DNA of 64,000 bases from Selaginella moellendorffii (GCF_000143415.4 NW_003314266.1:580463-644462), one strand, 5' to 3'. Shown: positions 37,746-50,813, counted from the stretch's first letter. Translations and numbers: made by a program. The notes: a model not told the origin generated them from the letters alone.

Positions 37746-39659
37746 ATGGAAGCGAGAGAGCTCGTGTCGATGATCCGGAATGGCGGCTTGCAGGAAGCCC
37801 ACGCAAGGATCCAATCCCATCCCCATTGCGCAGGCACTTACCTGTGGAATGTGACGCTCACGGAGCTCGCCAAGAGTGGCCGCCTGATGGAGGCCAAGAG
37901 CTTCTTCGACAATGCGATGCCGATCCACGATACCATCTCGTGGAATGTGATGGTGGTGGGATTTGCCCGGAATGGGCATCTTGCGGACGCCGAGAGAGCC
38001 CACCGCGAGATGCCACAACCGAGCCTTGTGTCGTCCACGGCAATGATCGTTGCCTACGCGGAGAATTTTCGATTGCACGACGCGAAGGAGCTCTTCGATC
38101 GACTGCCGGTCCTGGATCTAATCTCCTGGAACGCACTTCTAGCAGCATTTGCCCGGGCATGGGATTTCGTGGGTTCGCAGAGGGTGTTTCGATCGATACC
38201 CGAGCTGGATCTCGTGTCCTGGACGACGATGGTGGTCTTGTTCGCGAGATCTGGCAAGGCGGCGGTGGCGAAAGAGCTCTTCTCCCGGATGCCCGAGCGA
38301 AATCTCGTCGCGTACAATGCGATGCTGTCGATAAGCGCAGAGAGAGGCGATCTGGAAGGAGCTTGGTCGATCTTTGCCACGATGCCGGAGAGGAATTTGG
38401 TGTCATGGACGAGCCTGATGGGTTCCTGTGCCGAGGCCGGGGACCTCGATCGCGCAAATGCCCTGTTCCACGAGATGCCCGAGAGAAATCTCGTCTCCTG
38501 GACGGCGATCCTGAACGCCCACCAGGGAAACCTCGATGCGATGGAGGAGATCTTCGCCCAGATGCCTGCGAGGAATCTAGTTTCCTGGACCGCGATGATC
38601 AGCGCCTACTCCCAGGCCGGGAAGATCGAGAGAGCCAAGAATCTCTTCGAGCGACTGGAGGAGAGAGACCTCGCCTGCTGCAACGCGATGCTGTCCGGCT
38701 ACTCGCGCGGCGGCGATCTCGCCGCGGCCGAGAATCTCCTGGCGAGAATGCCATCGCTGGACCTGATCTCCTGGACCCTGCTCCTCGCCGCGCTCTCCCA
38801 ATCCGGCGCCCTGGAGAGGGCCAAGCGCTGCTTCGATGCCCTGCCGCAGCAAGACATCGCGACGCTCAACACGATGATCGCCGCGCTCGCGCAGTGCGGC
38901 CAGATCGACGCCGCCAAGAACACCTTCGACTCCATGCCCGAGCACAACGCAGTGTCGTGGACGGCCCTGATCACCGGACACACGTACGGCGGAGATCTCC
39001 CCTCGGCCAAGCACGCGTTCGATTCCATGCCCCAGCAAAATCCCACCGCCTGGAACGCCCTCCTCTTCGCGTATGCCCTCAACGGCCATCTCGCGTCCGC
39101 GCTGGACATCTTCCAGCGAATGCCCCACCAACGGACGCACGCCACGTGGGCAGCGCTGCTGACTGGATATGCCCACCACGGGCATAGCGCCCAGGTGGAG
39201 AGCTTGTTCCGCGAGATGGCGATGGTGGAGATGCCCTGCGAGGCCGCCATCACGGCGCTGCTCGTCTCCTACAGCCGCGCTGGGGATTTTCGATCGGGGG
39301 GGAGGCTACTGGCGACCATGGCGGGCGATTTCGAGATCCGGGCGAGCAAGCAGCACTACTGCTGCGTGATCGATCTGTTGGGTCGAGCCGGGCATTTGGA
39401 TTCCGCGATGGAGCTTGTGAGAAGCATGCCGTTTCATCCCAGCCGGCACGACTGGACGTGCGTGATGGCAGCGTGTGGGAGGATCGAGTGCGATCCAGGC
39501 GATGGAGTCGTCATCCGGGTAGCCGCCAAGCGCTCGCTCGTGGAAGACGAGCGACTGGAGATCGATCGAGACGTGGGGATGGGTCAGTGGAGTGGGGGTT
39601 ACGTGTTGCTCGCGAATTCGTACATGCTATCCACAGTGAATCTAAAGGCTCAAACTTGA
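37746..39659 (+). CDS. PLS-class PPR protein made mostly of ~31-aa short repeats, ending in an E domain (no DYW)
   Basis: Repeats of F.xMPERNLVSWTAM..; HYCCVIDLLGRAG..W..YVLLANSY. Confidence 0.92.
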   Translation: MEARELVSMIRNGGLQEAHARIQSHPHCAGTYLWNVTLTELAKSGRLMEAKSFFDNAMPIHDTISWNVMVVGFARNGHLADAERAHREMPQPSLVSSTAMIVAYAENFRLHDAKELFDRLPVLDLISWNALLAAFARAWDFVGSQRVFRSIPELDLVSWTTMVVLFARSGKAAVAKELFSRMPERNLVAYNAMLSISAERGDLEGAWSIFATMPERNLVSWTSLMGSCAEAGDLDRANALFHEMPERNLVSWTAILNAHQGNLDAMEEIFAQMPARNLVSWTAMISAYSQAGKIERAKNLFERLEERDLACCNAMLSGYSRGGDLAAAENLLARMPSLDLISWTLLLAALSQSGALERAKRCFDALPQQDIATLNTMIAALAQCGQIDAAKNTFDSMPEHNAVSWTALITGHTYGGDLPSAKHAFDSMPQQNPTAWNALLFAYALNGHLASALDIFQRMPHQRTHATWAALLTGYAHHGHSAQVESLFREMAMVEMPCEAAITALLVSYSRAGDFRSGGRLLATMAGDFEIRASKQHYCCVIDLLGRAGHLDSAMELVRSMPFHPSRHDWTCVMAACGRIECDPGDGVVIRVAAKRSLVEDERLEIDRDVGMGQWSGGYVLLANSYMLSTVNLKAQT

Positions 39660-40097
39660 TAGGCTTTTAGAACAGTTCCACTTTCACACTACAGTTCTTT
39701 ATGGGCCACACTAAAGTTTTTCTTTGCAACAGTGACATTCCCAAAGTCTAGATTAAAATTCTCCAGCAGAGAAAACAAAGTGACTGTCCTAGACAGAACT
39801 TTCAAAGGGTAGCTAGCATACAGTGTCACTACGTAGTGATCTTCTGGAATGCGAGGAAAAACTTCAAAGAACAGCGTGGAAGAAGATCGAATCACTCGTT
39901 TGTAGAAAAAGGTGGCTCAAAAGTTTGAAACGTATCACATAACTTTGGATTCTGACACGAAGAGTCGCGATTTAGACAGAAAAAAGAGGAGCCAACATTC
40001 TAGATGTATAGGTAGTAGGGACACCACATGAAAAACCACAATCACAAAAGTTGGCAGCTTATTGACAAGAGCTTCCAGTCCATGGAGCTTGTCGATA

Positions 40098-40772
40098 TCA
40101 AGTCATCCCGATGAGCTCCCGGAGCTTCTGGAGGAGATGAGCATCGATCTGGAACGCCCTCTCGATGACATCGTCCAGGATGGGCGGGTCCGAATCAAAC
40201 ACGGCCTTGGCAACCTGGGAAACTCCGGGGTTCTGCGAGTTGAACCCGGCCACCGCCAGCGCGGGCTCCTTGTCAATGTTGATCTGGAAGTGGATCAACC
40301 CGCGGGGGAAGACGAAGAGCTCGCCGGGATAGATGGTCTGCGCGAAGAGCTTGTTCTGCGGCGCGGTGGTGACGAAGCCCACGTAGAGCTTCCCCTCGAC
40401 GAGGAAGAGGAGCTCGGTGCCCCGGGGGTGGACGTGCGGGGGATTGACACCGCCGGGAGCGTAGTCGAGGCGGGCAAACGAGACGCCCAGAGTGTTGAGC
40501 CCAGAGAAATTGCCAACGTTTGCAGCGGTGACGATGGAGCCGAGCTTGTTGTCGGTGTTGCCCGGGTTCTTGAGGACGCCCGACTTGAAGTCCTCGGCCG
40601 CCACCGCGGCGAAGGGCTTGCACACCACGCCATTGATCGTGGTGGCGGACGTGTTGTCCGCGACGCAAACGTCCTGGAGCATGTCCTCGTCGGCAGCGAG
40701 GATTGGCGTGGGGGCGATCGTCATCGCGAGGAGAAACGCGAGGATGACCACCATGATCGACATTGGTGCCAT
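40098..40772 (-). CDS. Germin-like protein (cupin), intact and intronless
   Basis: Signal peptide, LQDVCVAD, GVNPPHVHPRGTE, GLIHFQ, FNSQNPG; His/His/Glu/His metal ligands present. Confidence 0.93.
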   Translation of the reverse strand: MAPMSIMVVILAFLLAMTIAPTPILAADEDMLQDVCVADNTSATTINGVVCKPFAAVAAEDFKSGVLKNPGNTDNKLGSIVTAANVGNFSGLNTLGVSFARLDYAPGGVNPPHVHPRGTELLFLVEGKLYVGFVTTAPQNKLFAQTIYPGELFVFPRGLIHFQINIDKEPALAVAGFNSQNPGVSQVAKAVFDSDPPILDDVIERAFQIDAHLLQKLRELIGMT

Positions 40773-41069
40773 GAATCCTAGAGAAACTATCACTCGACGA
40801 GCTTCTCTTTTTAACTGACTAGATGAGCTTGGGAGATGGAGGGTGTGGTTTTAAAGAGGGTCTGGGACAATGACAGGGCAACCTCTTTGATGCGCGGAAT
40901 ATGCGAACGCTGCGCTGGCCTTGGAGTCCAATTAACACACGGCAGGGAAGAAGCATCTTGGCCGTCCACGTGAGATGTTGATCGACGGTTGAGGCGGGGT
41001 TATGGATGTTGAAATAAGGAAGCCAAGGCTAGGGTTTGATATCTTTTGGGGCGAAGGCGGCGTTTTGGG

Positions 41070-41330
41070 GTAAGCGCTAGTGCTCTGTTTCTAGGAGATT
41101 TTCTTGTAGATCTGGTGTCGCGGCGTTGCTAGGTTGTTTGTGGGGTGGATTTGTGCTCGGTTCTTAGATTTTCTTGTAGATCTGGTGTTACAGGGTTGCT
41201 GGATAGGTTTTCTTGTAGATCTGGAAGTGAGGTCTTGTGCTTGTGCTCGGTTTGTAGATCTGGTGTTTGTCTTATTGTTTGATGTCTGGGTTGTGGGCTC
41301 AATTTCTAACTCGATCTCTTGGCTGTGTAG
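41070..41330 (+). promoter_or_regulatory. 5'UTR intron of polyubiquitin with four TTGTAGATCTGG motifs
   Basis: Donor GTAAGC at 41070, acceptor TGTAG at 41330; motif near 41104, 41174, 41213, 41252; telo-box-like TAGGGTTT at ~41030. Confidence 0.7.
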
Positions 41331-41334
41331 GTGA

Positions 41335-42957
<1,623 letters not shown>

Positions 42958-43047
42958 TCCAACGATAAGTTTCATGACGATGGCAAAGCTTTCTCTTGTA
43001 TCATGAAAATCTTATTCGAATAGAGGAAGCAATGTTATTACAAGTTT

Positions 43048-43377
43048 CTAAGATAGTGTGGTGGAGTTTCCGCAATCCATGATGAAGCTTAGAAAGTAGG
43101 CTGGCGATATACACTCGACAGTGGTGTCGTGGAGAACTCTCTTAGACCTGGACGCGTCCTTGTTGCACGAAGGATCTCCAAGGAAGTAGCCTTTGCGCAC
43201 GCCATCGAAGATAAATCGAAAGCCACCGATTGCGAATGGAGAGAGCGAGGAGCATCGCCCGCAGTCCGCGAGAACCCGCGACACCGTGAGGCAATCCTCC
43301 TCCAAGATCATCAAGTAGCTCCCTGTTCCGAGGCTCAGCAAGAGAGCAAACAAAAGAGAGCAAAAGCTCCTCCTCAT
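43048..43377 (-). CDS. Small secreted six-Cys peptide, MiAMP1/beta-barrelin antimicrobial-peptide-like
   Basis: Signal peptide, then SY..C-x9-CGRCS..GGFRFIFDG..C..C-x2-P..FLSFIMDC; TATA-like TATAAG ~45 nt upstream. Confidence 0.65.
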   Translation of the reverse strand: MRRSFCSLLFALLLSLGTGSYLMILEEDCLTVSRVLADCGRCSSLSPFAIGGFRFIFDGVRKGYFLGDPSCNKDASRSKRVLHDTTVECISPAYFLSFIMDCGNSTTLS

Positions 43378-43492
43378 TATCGTCATCGTTATCACTTCTC
43401 ACGTGAAGAACATGAGCTCCTCTTATAAATTACCGAGAGAGAACGTTTGGTTCCTCGCGTTCCTATGTACACACCTGGGAGGAGCAGCGAGA

Positions 43493-44959
43493 TCACTGCT
43501 CTGTCTCGAGAAACTGCCAGCTTCCGCCGCTCGAAGTCGTGCTCTTCTCGTGGCTGAAGGATGAGGTGGACAGAGCTGCTGCGAATTCGTCGTCGTTGTC
43601 CTGCGGAGCTAGATCGCTGATGAGCTCCGGCTGCCAGTTGAAGATACTGCCCGCTTGGCTTGCGCTGTGGAAGCTGTCGAGGACGAGGCCTTCCACTTTC
43701 TTCTTCAAGAGTTCCACGTCTTCGTGGAGGATGGAAATCTCGCCTCTGAGAGAAAAGAAAGTTAGCAACAGAAGCATAAGAACTAGGAGATAAGAGCTTA
43801 CTGGAGCGAGTCTACAACAGTCCCTTGTTTCATGAGGAACTCCCTTAGCTGTGTGGGGCAGACAAGTTTAGTTTGCAAGGAAGGCGGAGTAAAGAAGACC
43901 AAGCGTACCTTTGTGCAGTTATCAGCCTCTAAGTCTAGTTCGATGGACTCTTGTGTGATTTGTGCCAAAATGTCCTCTTCTTTTTGCAGTAGCTCCCGCG
44001 AAGCGGCTTCCTTTCGCAGCCTTTCCTCGTCAGCAACACGTTCATCTTCTTTGGCCTTGGCGATACGGTCTTGCAGTGTGGCTTTCATCTGGAATGACGT
44101 GCGGATAAAGAAAGCTCCAAAATCTCTACGTCTCTTACCTCTTCGAGAATATCGGAGGCCTTGAGCCACTCCGTCCGCACTTGCTGCACCCGAGAAAAGA
44201 GTTCTCTCGCTTCAGTTCCAAGCACTGCTTTCTCGCCGTAAACCTCTCCAGAGTGCTGTGATTCAGTGCGTTAGAATGGTATAGCATCTGTCGAGAAGAG
44301 CAACTTACCACTGCATTTGCTTCTCTAGCCTCGGCAACGGTCTTTCGAACTTCTTCGGCACTAGCATGTAAAGCTTCGACTCCCTCCAGGGCTTGAGCTT
44401 TCGCCGACCGAGCGGCAGCCTCGGCTTGCTCCGCAACTCTGCGCAGTTCTTTCATCTCTTGGATAGAAACCATCAAGTTTTGCTGCACGAAGAAACAGAG
44501 ATCAAGCTTGAAATGGAAATTCTCTAGTCCCACCTTGTCAGTCTTGGTCTGCTCAATCATTTGCTCGATGGTCTCGCAATCCACTGCGTACATGGAGCTG
44601 GAAGCGCTCTTCCACACCCCCGGATCATCGGAAGAGACGAGCTCAGCGTTTTCGTCAACATTGTCGGTGTCAACAATGTCGGTGTCGGTGGAATCCATGG
44701 CTGGAGCCTCGGAGAATTCTCGATAATCTAAAATCTGCGTCGACTCAATCGACCGACGCGCCTTCCAGTCCAGGACCTCACCCTCTATGAAATCGATGCC
44801 GGCTTGGAGGTCATTCTTGTGCTCGATCGCAGTAGCTCGAATGATCCGGCGATCAACCTACACGCGCAAGAAAGAAATGTCACATACCATCTACTACAGC
44901 AGAATCCAAGAAAGAAAAACCTGAGGATAGAGCTTCTCGAGAGCTGCGCACGTGTCCAT
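43493..44959 (-). CDS. CUE-like N-terminal domain plus coiled-coil protein, multi-exon
   Basis: MDTCAALEKLYPQ|VDRRIIRATAIEHKND; coiled-coil exons; LREFLMKQGTVVDSLQ|GEISILHEDVELLK; canonical short introns. Confidence 0.8.
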
Positions 44960-45176
44960 CGATCGAGGGAGAAACGGCAGCCCTGCGCAGCTGCCCAAGA
45001 ACCCTAAAATTTCGAAGCCCTACAAAGAATATAATGCTCTTTTTGGCGCCACGTCAGATCCAATCCGGACAGTTAGTGCTTTCACCGCAATGGATGGCTG
45101 GGATTTGCTGTGAGCGAGAGCTAGGGTTCTTCTTTTTGGCCTCTCGGGATTGAGAGAGAGAGAGCTCGCGCTCGTC
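44960..45176. promoter_or_regulatory. Probable bidirectional promoter between the CUE-domain and GRP genes
   Basis: 217 bp between divergent ATGs; telo-box-like AACCCTA in both orientations (~45000 and ~45122); GCCACGTCA at ~45048. Confidence 0.55.
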
Positions 45177-45876
45177 ATGGCGGAGGTCGAGGTGGAGTAC
45201 CGCTGCTTCGTCGGTGGCCTGGCGTGGGCTACCGACGACATCAGCCTCGGCGAGGCATTCAAATCCTTCGGCGATGTCATCGAATCCAAGGTACCGTGTT
45301 GTGATCCGGGGCGCATTTCGCCGAAATCTTGCCCCTAGCAGCGGCGCCTGTGCCAAGATCCCGCGCTCGCGCCCGGATCGAGAGAATGCGGGCGTTCTTT
45401 CGCCGTGATTTCTCACCAGAATGTGTGCGCAGGTGATTAACGACCGGGAGACCGGCAGATCTCGCGGATTTGGCTTCGTCACGTTCCGCGAGGAGCAATC
45501 CATGAAGGACGCGATCGAATTGATGAACGGCAAGGACCTGGACGGGCGGAACATCACTGTTCACCAGGCACAGCAGAGGCCCGCCATGAGCAACGCCAAC
45601 AAGTCGAGCCGCTATGGCGGATCGAACAACTACAGTGGTGGTGGTGGTGGCGGCGACCGTGGCTACACCAACGAGCGAGGCAGTGGTGGCTACAGCGATC
45701 GCGGCGGCTATGGTGGGAGGAGGAATGGTGCTGGTGCTGGTGTTCCTGGCGGTGGTGGCGGTGGCGGTCCCGAGACAGGGAATGGTGCTGGTGCTGCCGG
45801 CGGCGGTGGACGCCGCTATGGCGGTGCTCGATCAGATGGCCGCTCCGACGTTGACAATTGGAGAAGAAACGAGTAG
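45177..45876 (+). CDS. Glycine-rich RNA-binding protein (GRP7/GRP8-type RRM); exons 45177-45290 and 45433-45876
   Basis: RNP2 CFVGGL, RNP1 RGFGFVTF, conserved intron after SK, Gly-rich tail ending NWR. Confidence 0.93.
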
Positions 45877-46038
45877 TCCCGGATCGATCAAGCTCGACTT
45901 CCAAGCCGAGAAGAAACTTACGTACGCGTTCTAATTGCCGCTGTTGGTGTGATATGGTATGATACAACCGGTGGAATACAAAGGTATGGTCTCTCTTTCG
46001 ATTTTCTATCATCTCTTTGGATGGGCTTTACGCGATCC

Positions 46039-47523
46039 TCACGCTGTCTTCAAGCGAATAGCGGCCAGCTCCGACTCGACGTAGTCTCCGGCAAGCGTCG
46101 CGGGATAGTTCTTGGCTGCTTGGGCCGATGCGAAGTGGCCCAGGGGCTCTAAGATCGCGTCCGAGGCAATGTGGCCGAACACCTGCGCGAGAGTTGGATG
46201 TGACGATGATGAGAAGTGGAGAGTTCTTACCGTGGAGGAGACTCTCCACAGGCTGCGTCCGGCCTGCTCCGCTGCCTCGGCTGCTGCGATGGTCTCCTTG
46301 GTCACTATGACTTCGTGCATTCCAGCGCTACACTCGCCGCCGGTTAGCCACTCGAGCTGTGAATCCAGGCGAGGAGGAAAAAGAGCTGAGATGCCTGCGA
46401 GAAAGGATGGATGGAGCTTGCGTTACCTCTTTTCCGGCTTGAACGAGCAAGCATCCGGGAGGAACACGGACGAGGAGCTTCTGGCCTTGCTTGAGCCAGA
46501 TGTTGAGGCCGGGGAAGCGGCTTCTCCCGTGAATGGTGAGGAAGTTTAAGTCGTAGTGGTATCCGGCGAAGACGCTCCCTTCCTCGGTGAACTTGGAGAG
46601 ATCGCTACCTGTAGGAGCCAGAAGATGAGGTCCCTAAGACAACGAAACTTAGGAGAGATATGGAAAAGAAAACGAGGAAGTCTAGAGTTCCAGTGTTCTT
46701 GCGCTACCTGAGACATCAAGGATGTGAATGCGTCGGGAGGAAGGCCAAATCCAATCGCAGCCATCTCGGCAACAATCTATGCAAACGAAAGTTTTGGAAA
46801 GTGTCAAGGAAAGAAACGAGAAAAGAGAGGCTTTTACCTCCACAGCTGCGATCATCTTGCGTCCCCATCCATCCATAACTTCGATCCAGTCGGGGAATCC
46901 TTCCGGGACTACTGGATCAGCGTTAAACTCCTGCGAAGATCATTGGAAGTTTTAAGAAATGCTAGACTCGATCGATCTATAGTTCTTAGAAATGCTAGAG
47001 TCGATCGATCTCTCTTCGAGTACCTTGAATCGCGTGTTGGCTGGACGGGGGCCGACTCTCCACATGTAGCGCCATTTTGGATCGGCCCCTACGGGCATTC
47101 GAGGCTTCTCGGAGTCTGGGATTTTCTCCATGCGTGCTTGGAGATCTTTGTCCAGAGCACACCGGGGAACTTCCACTCCCTCTGGTGTCACTCCCACCTA
47201 GAAAGAATTTGAAATAGAATGATCGAGGAAAGAAATTCTAGCCTAGAGAAGAAGTGCTCGATTGGATCGAGATCTACCTGGTAGTGTAGATGACGACGCT
47301 CTTGCTGCCGCTTGAATTCGTCCGCCATGCCGAAATATCGCTCCATCATGTTGAGGAATCGATCGTTGTCCTCGGGCGTGCAGCGCGGATCGCGAAGAAC
47401 AAGGGCGCCGGCCTCTCGCAGGCATTTGGCGACCTCCAGGCAGGAATTCCTCACATTCTCGGGCAGGGGCTGTGATCCGCGCGCCTCGAGGTATGGCTCC
47501 AGCTCCACCACTGGAAGATCCAT
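46039..47523 (-). CDS. 2-oxoglutarate/Fe(II)-dependent oxygenase-like protein, multi-exon
   Basis: MDLPVVELEPYL, HYQ|VGVTPEG, KWRYMWRVG, HxD (YHYDLNFLTIHG), distal His (AGMHEV), RxS (WRVSST). Confidence 0.9.
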
Positions 47524-47597
47524 CCTAGCCCTACCCAAAATCGCAGTGAGCGGCAAAAAAATGTAGCAAGAAAACGAACTAGGGTTCTTCACGGGAA

Positions 47598-50500
47598 ATG
47601 CTTCTCGATGATAGGGTTTTGATCTCTCCGCTGGCGCCACACGATCGATCGAGAATCCCGGGTTCCAGGAGCTGCTCCTTCTCGCAGGAATCGCTACTGA
47701 CACAGAAATCGCCGCTATTCGAGAGAGTAGTCGCCGATACCCACCAGGTACGCGATCGATTCGTCGATCTTCTCCGGCAATGCAGCCGATCCAAGGATCT
47801 GGCACGGGGGAGGCAGATTCACGCCAGCATTGCCAGAAGCAGCGCTCCTCAAGATCCAGTCGTGGGGAACTGGCTCATACAGATGTATCTCAAGTGTGGG
47901 AGCTTGATCGATGCCTCGCAGGTGTTCTACCAGCTGCTGGAGACGAGTGTGGTGAATCTGGTGGCCTGGACCGCGCTGATCGCGGCTTATGCCCGGAATG
48001 GGCAAACCAAGCTCGCGATCCGGCTCTTCCAGCAAATGCAGCTAGAGGGGAATTCGCCCGACCGGATCACTCTCGTGACGATCTTCGAGGCGTGTGGCAA
48101 CCCCGAGAATCTGGAAGATGGTAAGAAGATCCACGCCTATCTCTCTTGCAACTCGGACGTAGTTCTTGGCAGCTCTCTCATCACCATGTATGGAAAGTGT
48201 GGGAGTCTAAGCGAAGCTTGTTTGATGTTCCAGAGCATGGAGGAGTGGAACACCGTGGCGTGGAACTCTCTCATGGGAGCTTTCGTCCAGCATGATCGAG
48301 TGGAGGCGGCGATGGAGCTCTACTGGGAGATGCTGCAGTGTGGATTCTTGCCGAGTAGACCGACTTTCCTGACGGTGTTGGCGGCCATCTCTAGCCTCGA
48401 GTCTCTACGACACGGTAAGCTTGTTCACGACACTCTTGTTGAGGCTGGTCATGAGGATGATGTTGTTGTCCAGACAGCGCTGGTAAACATGTATGGGAAG
48501 TGCGGAAGCGTGGTGGAAGCAGTGGAAGTTTTCGACAGGATGCCCCGGCACGATGTGATATTGTGGAGTGCCGTGATCTCGGCTCACGTCAACTGCGCCG
48601 AGTACGAAGAATCTCTCAGGCTTTTCCGGAAGATGCAGCTCGAAGGGAACAGGCCAAACAACGTGACGCTGGTCAGTGTTTTGAGCGCTTGCGAGGGGCC
48701 GCAGGCACTGGAGACAGGGAAAGGGATTCATGAGTGTGTTGTGGAGGCCGGGTACGAGGGGGACTTGATCGTCGGGAATGCCATTGTGAGCATGTATGGG
48801 AAGTGTGGCAGCTTGGAAGACGCGTGGGATGTCTTTCACAGGGTGCCGCGGAGAAGTGTGGTGACTTGCAACGGGATGATGGGGGCTTGTGCCGTGCAAG
48901 GGGACTCGTCAGGTGCTCTCAAGCTCTTCCGGTATATGGTGCACGAAGGCATCGGGTTTGACAACATCACCTTCCTCAGTGCTCTCTGTGCGTGCTCGGG
49001 CACCTCGGGCTTGTCTCACGGCGAGTTCTTTCACGCTCGCATGTTGGAGCGCGGGCTTGAGCTGGACATATTCGTCGCGAATGCACTCGTCAACATGTAT
49101 GGCAAGTGTGGGAAAGTAGAGGCTGCCGAGCACGTCTTTGAAGAGCTCGCAGAGCAAGATGTTCGTACATGGAACGCGATGATTCTGGCCTACGTCCAAA
49201 ATGAAGAGGAGAGAAGCGGACTTTTGGTGTTTCGACACATGATGCAGAGTGGATACAAGCCGGACGAAGTTACCTTCGCGATAACTCTCAACGCTTGCTA
49301 CCATCCCAGGTTCTTGAGGGATGTTCACTCTCTCATTTCTGAGACGGGGATATCAAACACAGTCGTTCAGAACGCGCTGGTTGTCATGTACGGGAGATTT
49401 GGTCTGCTGGAGGAAGGTTATCAGGTGTTTGAGAAGCTGGATCAGGAGAGCATTACGAGCTGGAACGTCATGATAGCCTCCTGTGCTCAGAGTGGACAAA
49501 TGGAGGCGGCATTTTCTCTCTTCAGGGAAATGCAACACCAAGGAGTGGTTCCGAACAAGGCAACACTCCTCATCATGATCAATGGCTGTTCCACCTCGAA
49601 CGAGGCAAAACTTCTGCAGTGCTACTGGACAGACGAGCTGCTAGAGTCGCACAACATATTGAAGGTTGCTCTTGTGAGTCTCTACGGTCGATGTGGAAGC
49701 TCTCGTGAAGCTCTGGACATCTTTGGAAGACTGGAATCGCCGCCTACAGCGTGCTGGAACTCGGTCATCTTCGCTCATGTCCAGAGCAGGAGGGACTCCG
49801 AAGCGTTGAAGATGTTCTGGCGGATGCAGCAAGCCGGTGTTTGGCCAGACAAAACCAGCTTTGTGGCCGTCGTCAAGGCGTACTCCAACGTGGGGATGAC
49901 AGAGCCGGAGATCGACTGGTTACGAGCAGTGATAGCCAACAGCGACGTGGAAGACGGAGTCCCCATTGGAAATGCTCTCATCAGCATGTATGGGAGGTGT
50001 GGCAGCTTTGGAAAAGCTCGAGACCTCTTCGACAGCATGGCCGAGCGAGACGCGGTCACTTGGAACACGATGATGAGCGTCTCGGAGCAACTGGAGCACG
50101 GGAGAGACTCCATCCAGCTCTTCCGACAGATGCTACAGGAAGGAACTCCTCCAGACAAAGTCACCATCCTCACCGTCCTCAACGTCTGCGCGAGCCTCCC
50201 AGCGCTGCAAGAAGGCAAAGCGATCTGCGCGTGGCTGGACCACACTCCACTCTCGGCGAACCAGATGATCGGCAACGCCATCCTCAACATGTACGCGAAG
50301 TGTGGATCCAGAGACGAAGCTCGCAGGATCTTCAGCGTGATGCAAGGCCGGGACGCCGTCTCCTGGAACGCGCTCATCGGGGCATACGGATCCTACAGCC
50401 GGGGGAGGTACGCGTTCCAGATCTTCCAGGCGATGCAGCTCGAAGGCAGCACCCCGGACGCCGTGACTTTCACCACGATCCTGTCGGTGTGTAGCCACGG

Positions 50501-50813
50501 TGGTCTCTTGGGCGAGGCCGTCAAGTGGTTCCGGTGGATGAGAGAAGACTACTACGTGGAGGCCGAGACGGGGCACTATGGCTGCATCGTGGATTTGCTG
50601 GGACGCCTGGGACGAGTTCCAGAGGCCGAGGAGGTGGCCGAGAAAATGCCCGCTGGGACCGATCCAATCGTGTGGACGACGCTGCTGAGCGCTTGCCAGG
50701 TCCATGGTGAAACGCAGCGAGGGAAGAGAGCCGCGGAGAGACTGGTGGAATTGGATCCAGAGGTGACCTCCGCCTACGTTGTGCTATCCACGATCTATAG
50801 GAAGGAAGAATAG
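47598..50813 (+). CDS. PLS-class PPR protein, 1071 aa, with E domain (no DYW)
   Basis: P-L-S triplets (ALVNMYGKCG..A..VF), HYGCIVDLLGRLG, WTTLLSACQVHG, AYVVLSTIY. Confidence 0.95.
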   Translation: MLLDDRVLISPLAPHDRSRIPGSRSCSFSQESLLTQKSPLFERVVADTHQVRDRFVDLLRQCSRSKDLARGRQIHASIARSSAPQDPVVGNWLIQMYLKCGSLIDASQVFYQLLETSVVNLVAWTALIAAYARNGQTKLAIRLFQQMQLEGNSPDRITLVTIFEACGNPENLEDGKKIHAYLSCNSDVVLGSSLITMYGKCGSLSEACLMFQSMEEWNTVAWNSLMGAFVQHDRVEAAMELYWEMLQCGFLPSRPTFLTVLAAISSLESLRHGKLVHDTLVEAGHEDDVVVQTALVNMYGKCGSVVEAVEVFDRMPRHDVILWSAVISAHVNCAEYEESLRLFRKMQLEGNRPNNVTLVSVLSACEGPQALETGKGIHECVVEAGYEGDLIVGNAIVSMYGKCGSLEDAWDVFHRVPRRSVVTCNGMMGACAVQGDSSGALKLFRYMVHEGIGFDNITFLSALCACSGTSGLSHGEFFHARMLERGLELDIFVANALVNMYGKCGKVEAAEHVFEELAEQDVRTWNAMILAYVQNEEERSGLLVFRHMMQSGYKPDEVTFAITLNACYHPRFLRDVHSLISETGISNTVVQNALVVMYGRFGLLEEGYQVFEKLDQESITSWNVMIASCAQSGQMEAAFSLFREMQHQGVVPNKATLLIMINGCSTSNEAKLLQCYWTDELLESHNILKVALVSLYGRCGSSREALDIFGRLESPPTACWNSVIFAHVQSRRDSEALKMFWRMQQAGVWPDKTSFVAVVKAYSNVGMTEPEIDWLRAVIANSDVEDGVPIGNALISMYGRCGSFGKARDLFDSMAERDAVTWNTMMSVSEQLEHGRDSIQLFRQMLQEGTPPDKVTILTVLNVCASLPALQEGKAICAWLDHTPLSANQMIGNAILNMYAKCGSRDEARRIFSVMQGRDAVSWNALIGAYGSYSRGRYAFQIFQAMQLEGSTPDAVTFTTILSVCSHGGLLGEAVKWFRWMREDYYVEAETGHYGCIVDLLGRLGRVPEAEEVAEKMPAGTDPIVWTTLLSACQVHGETQRGKRAAERLVELDPEVTSAYVVLSTIYRKEE

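Noticed and set aside
46039-47523. 2OG oxygenase as part of the P450-BAHD cluster
   Set aside because: It is ~27 kb away behind many unrelated genes and looks like a conserved housekeeping-type family member
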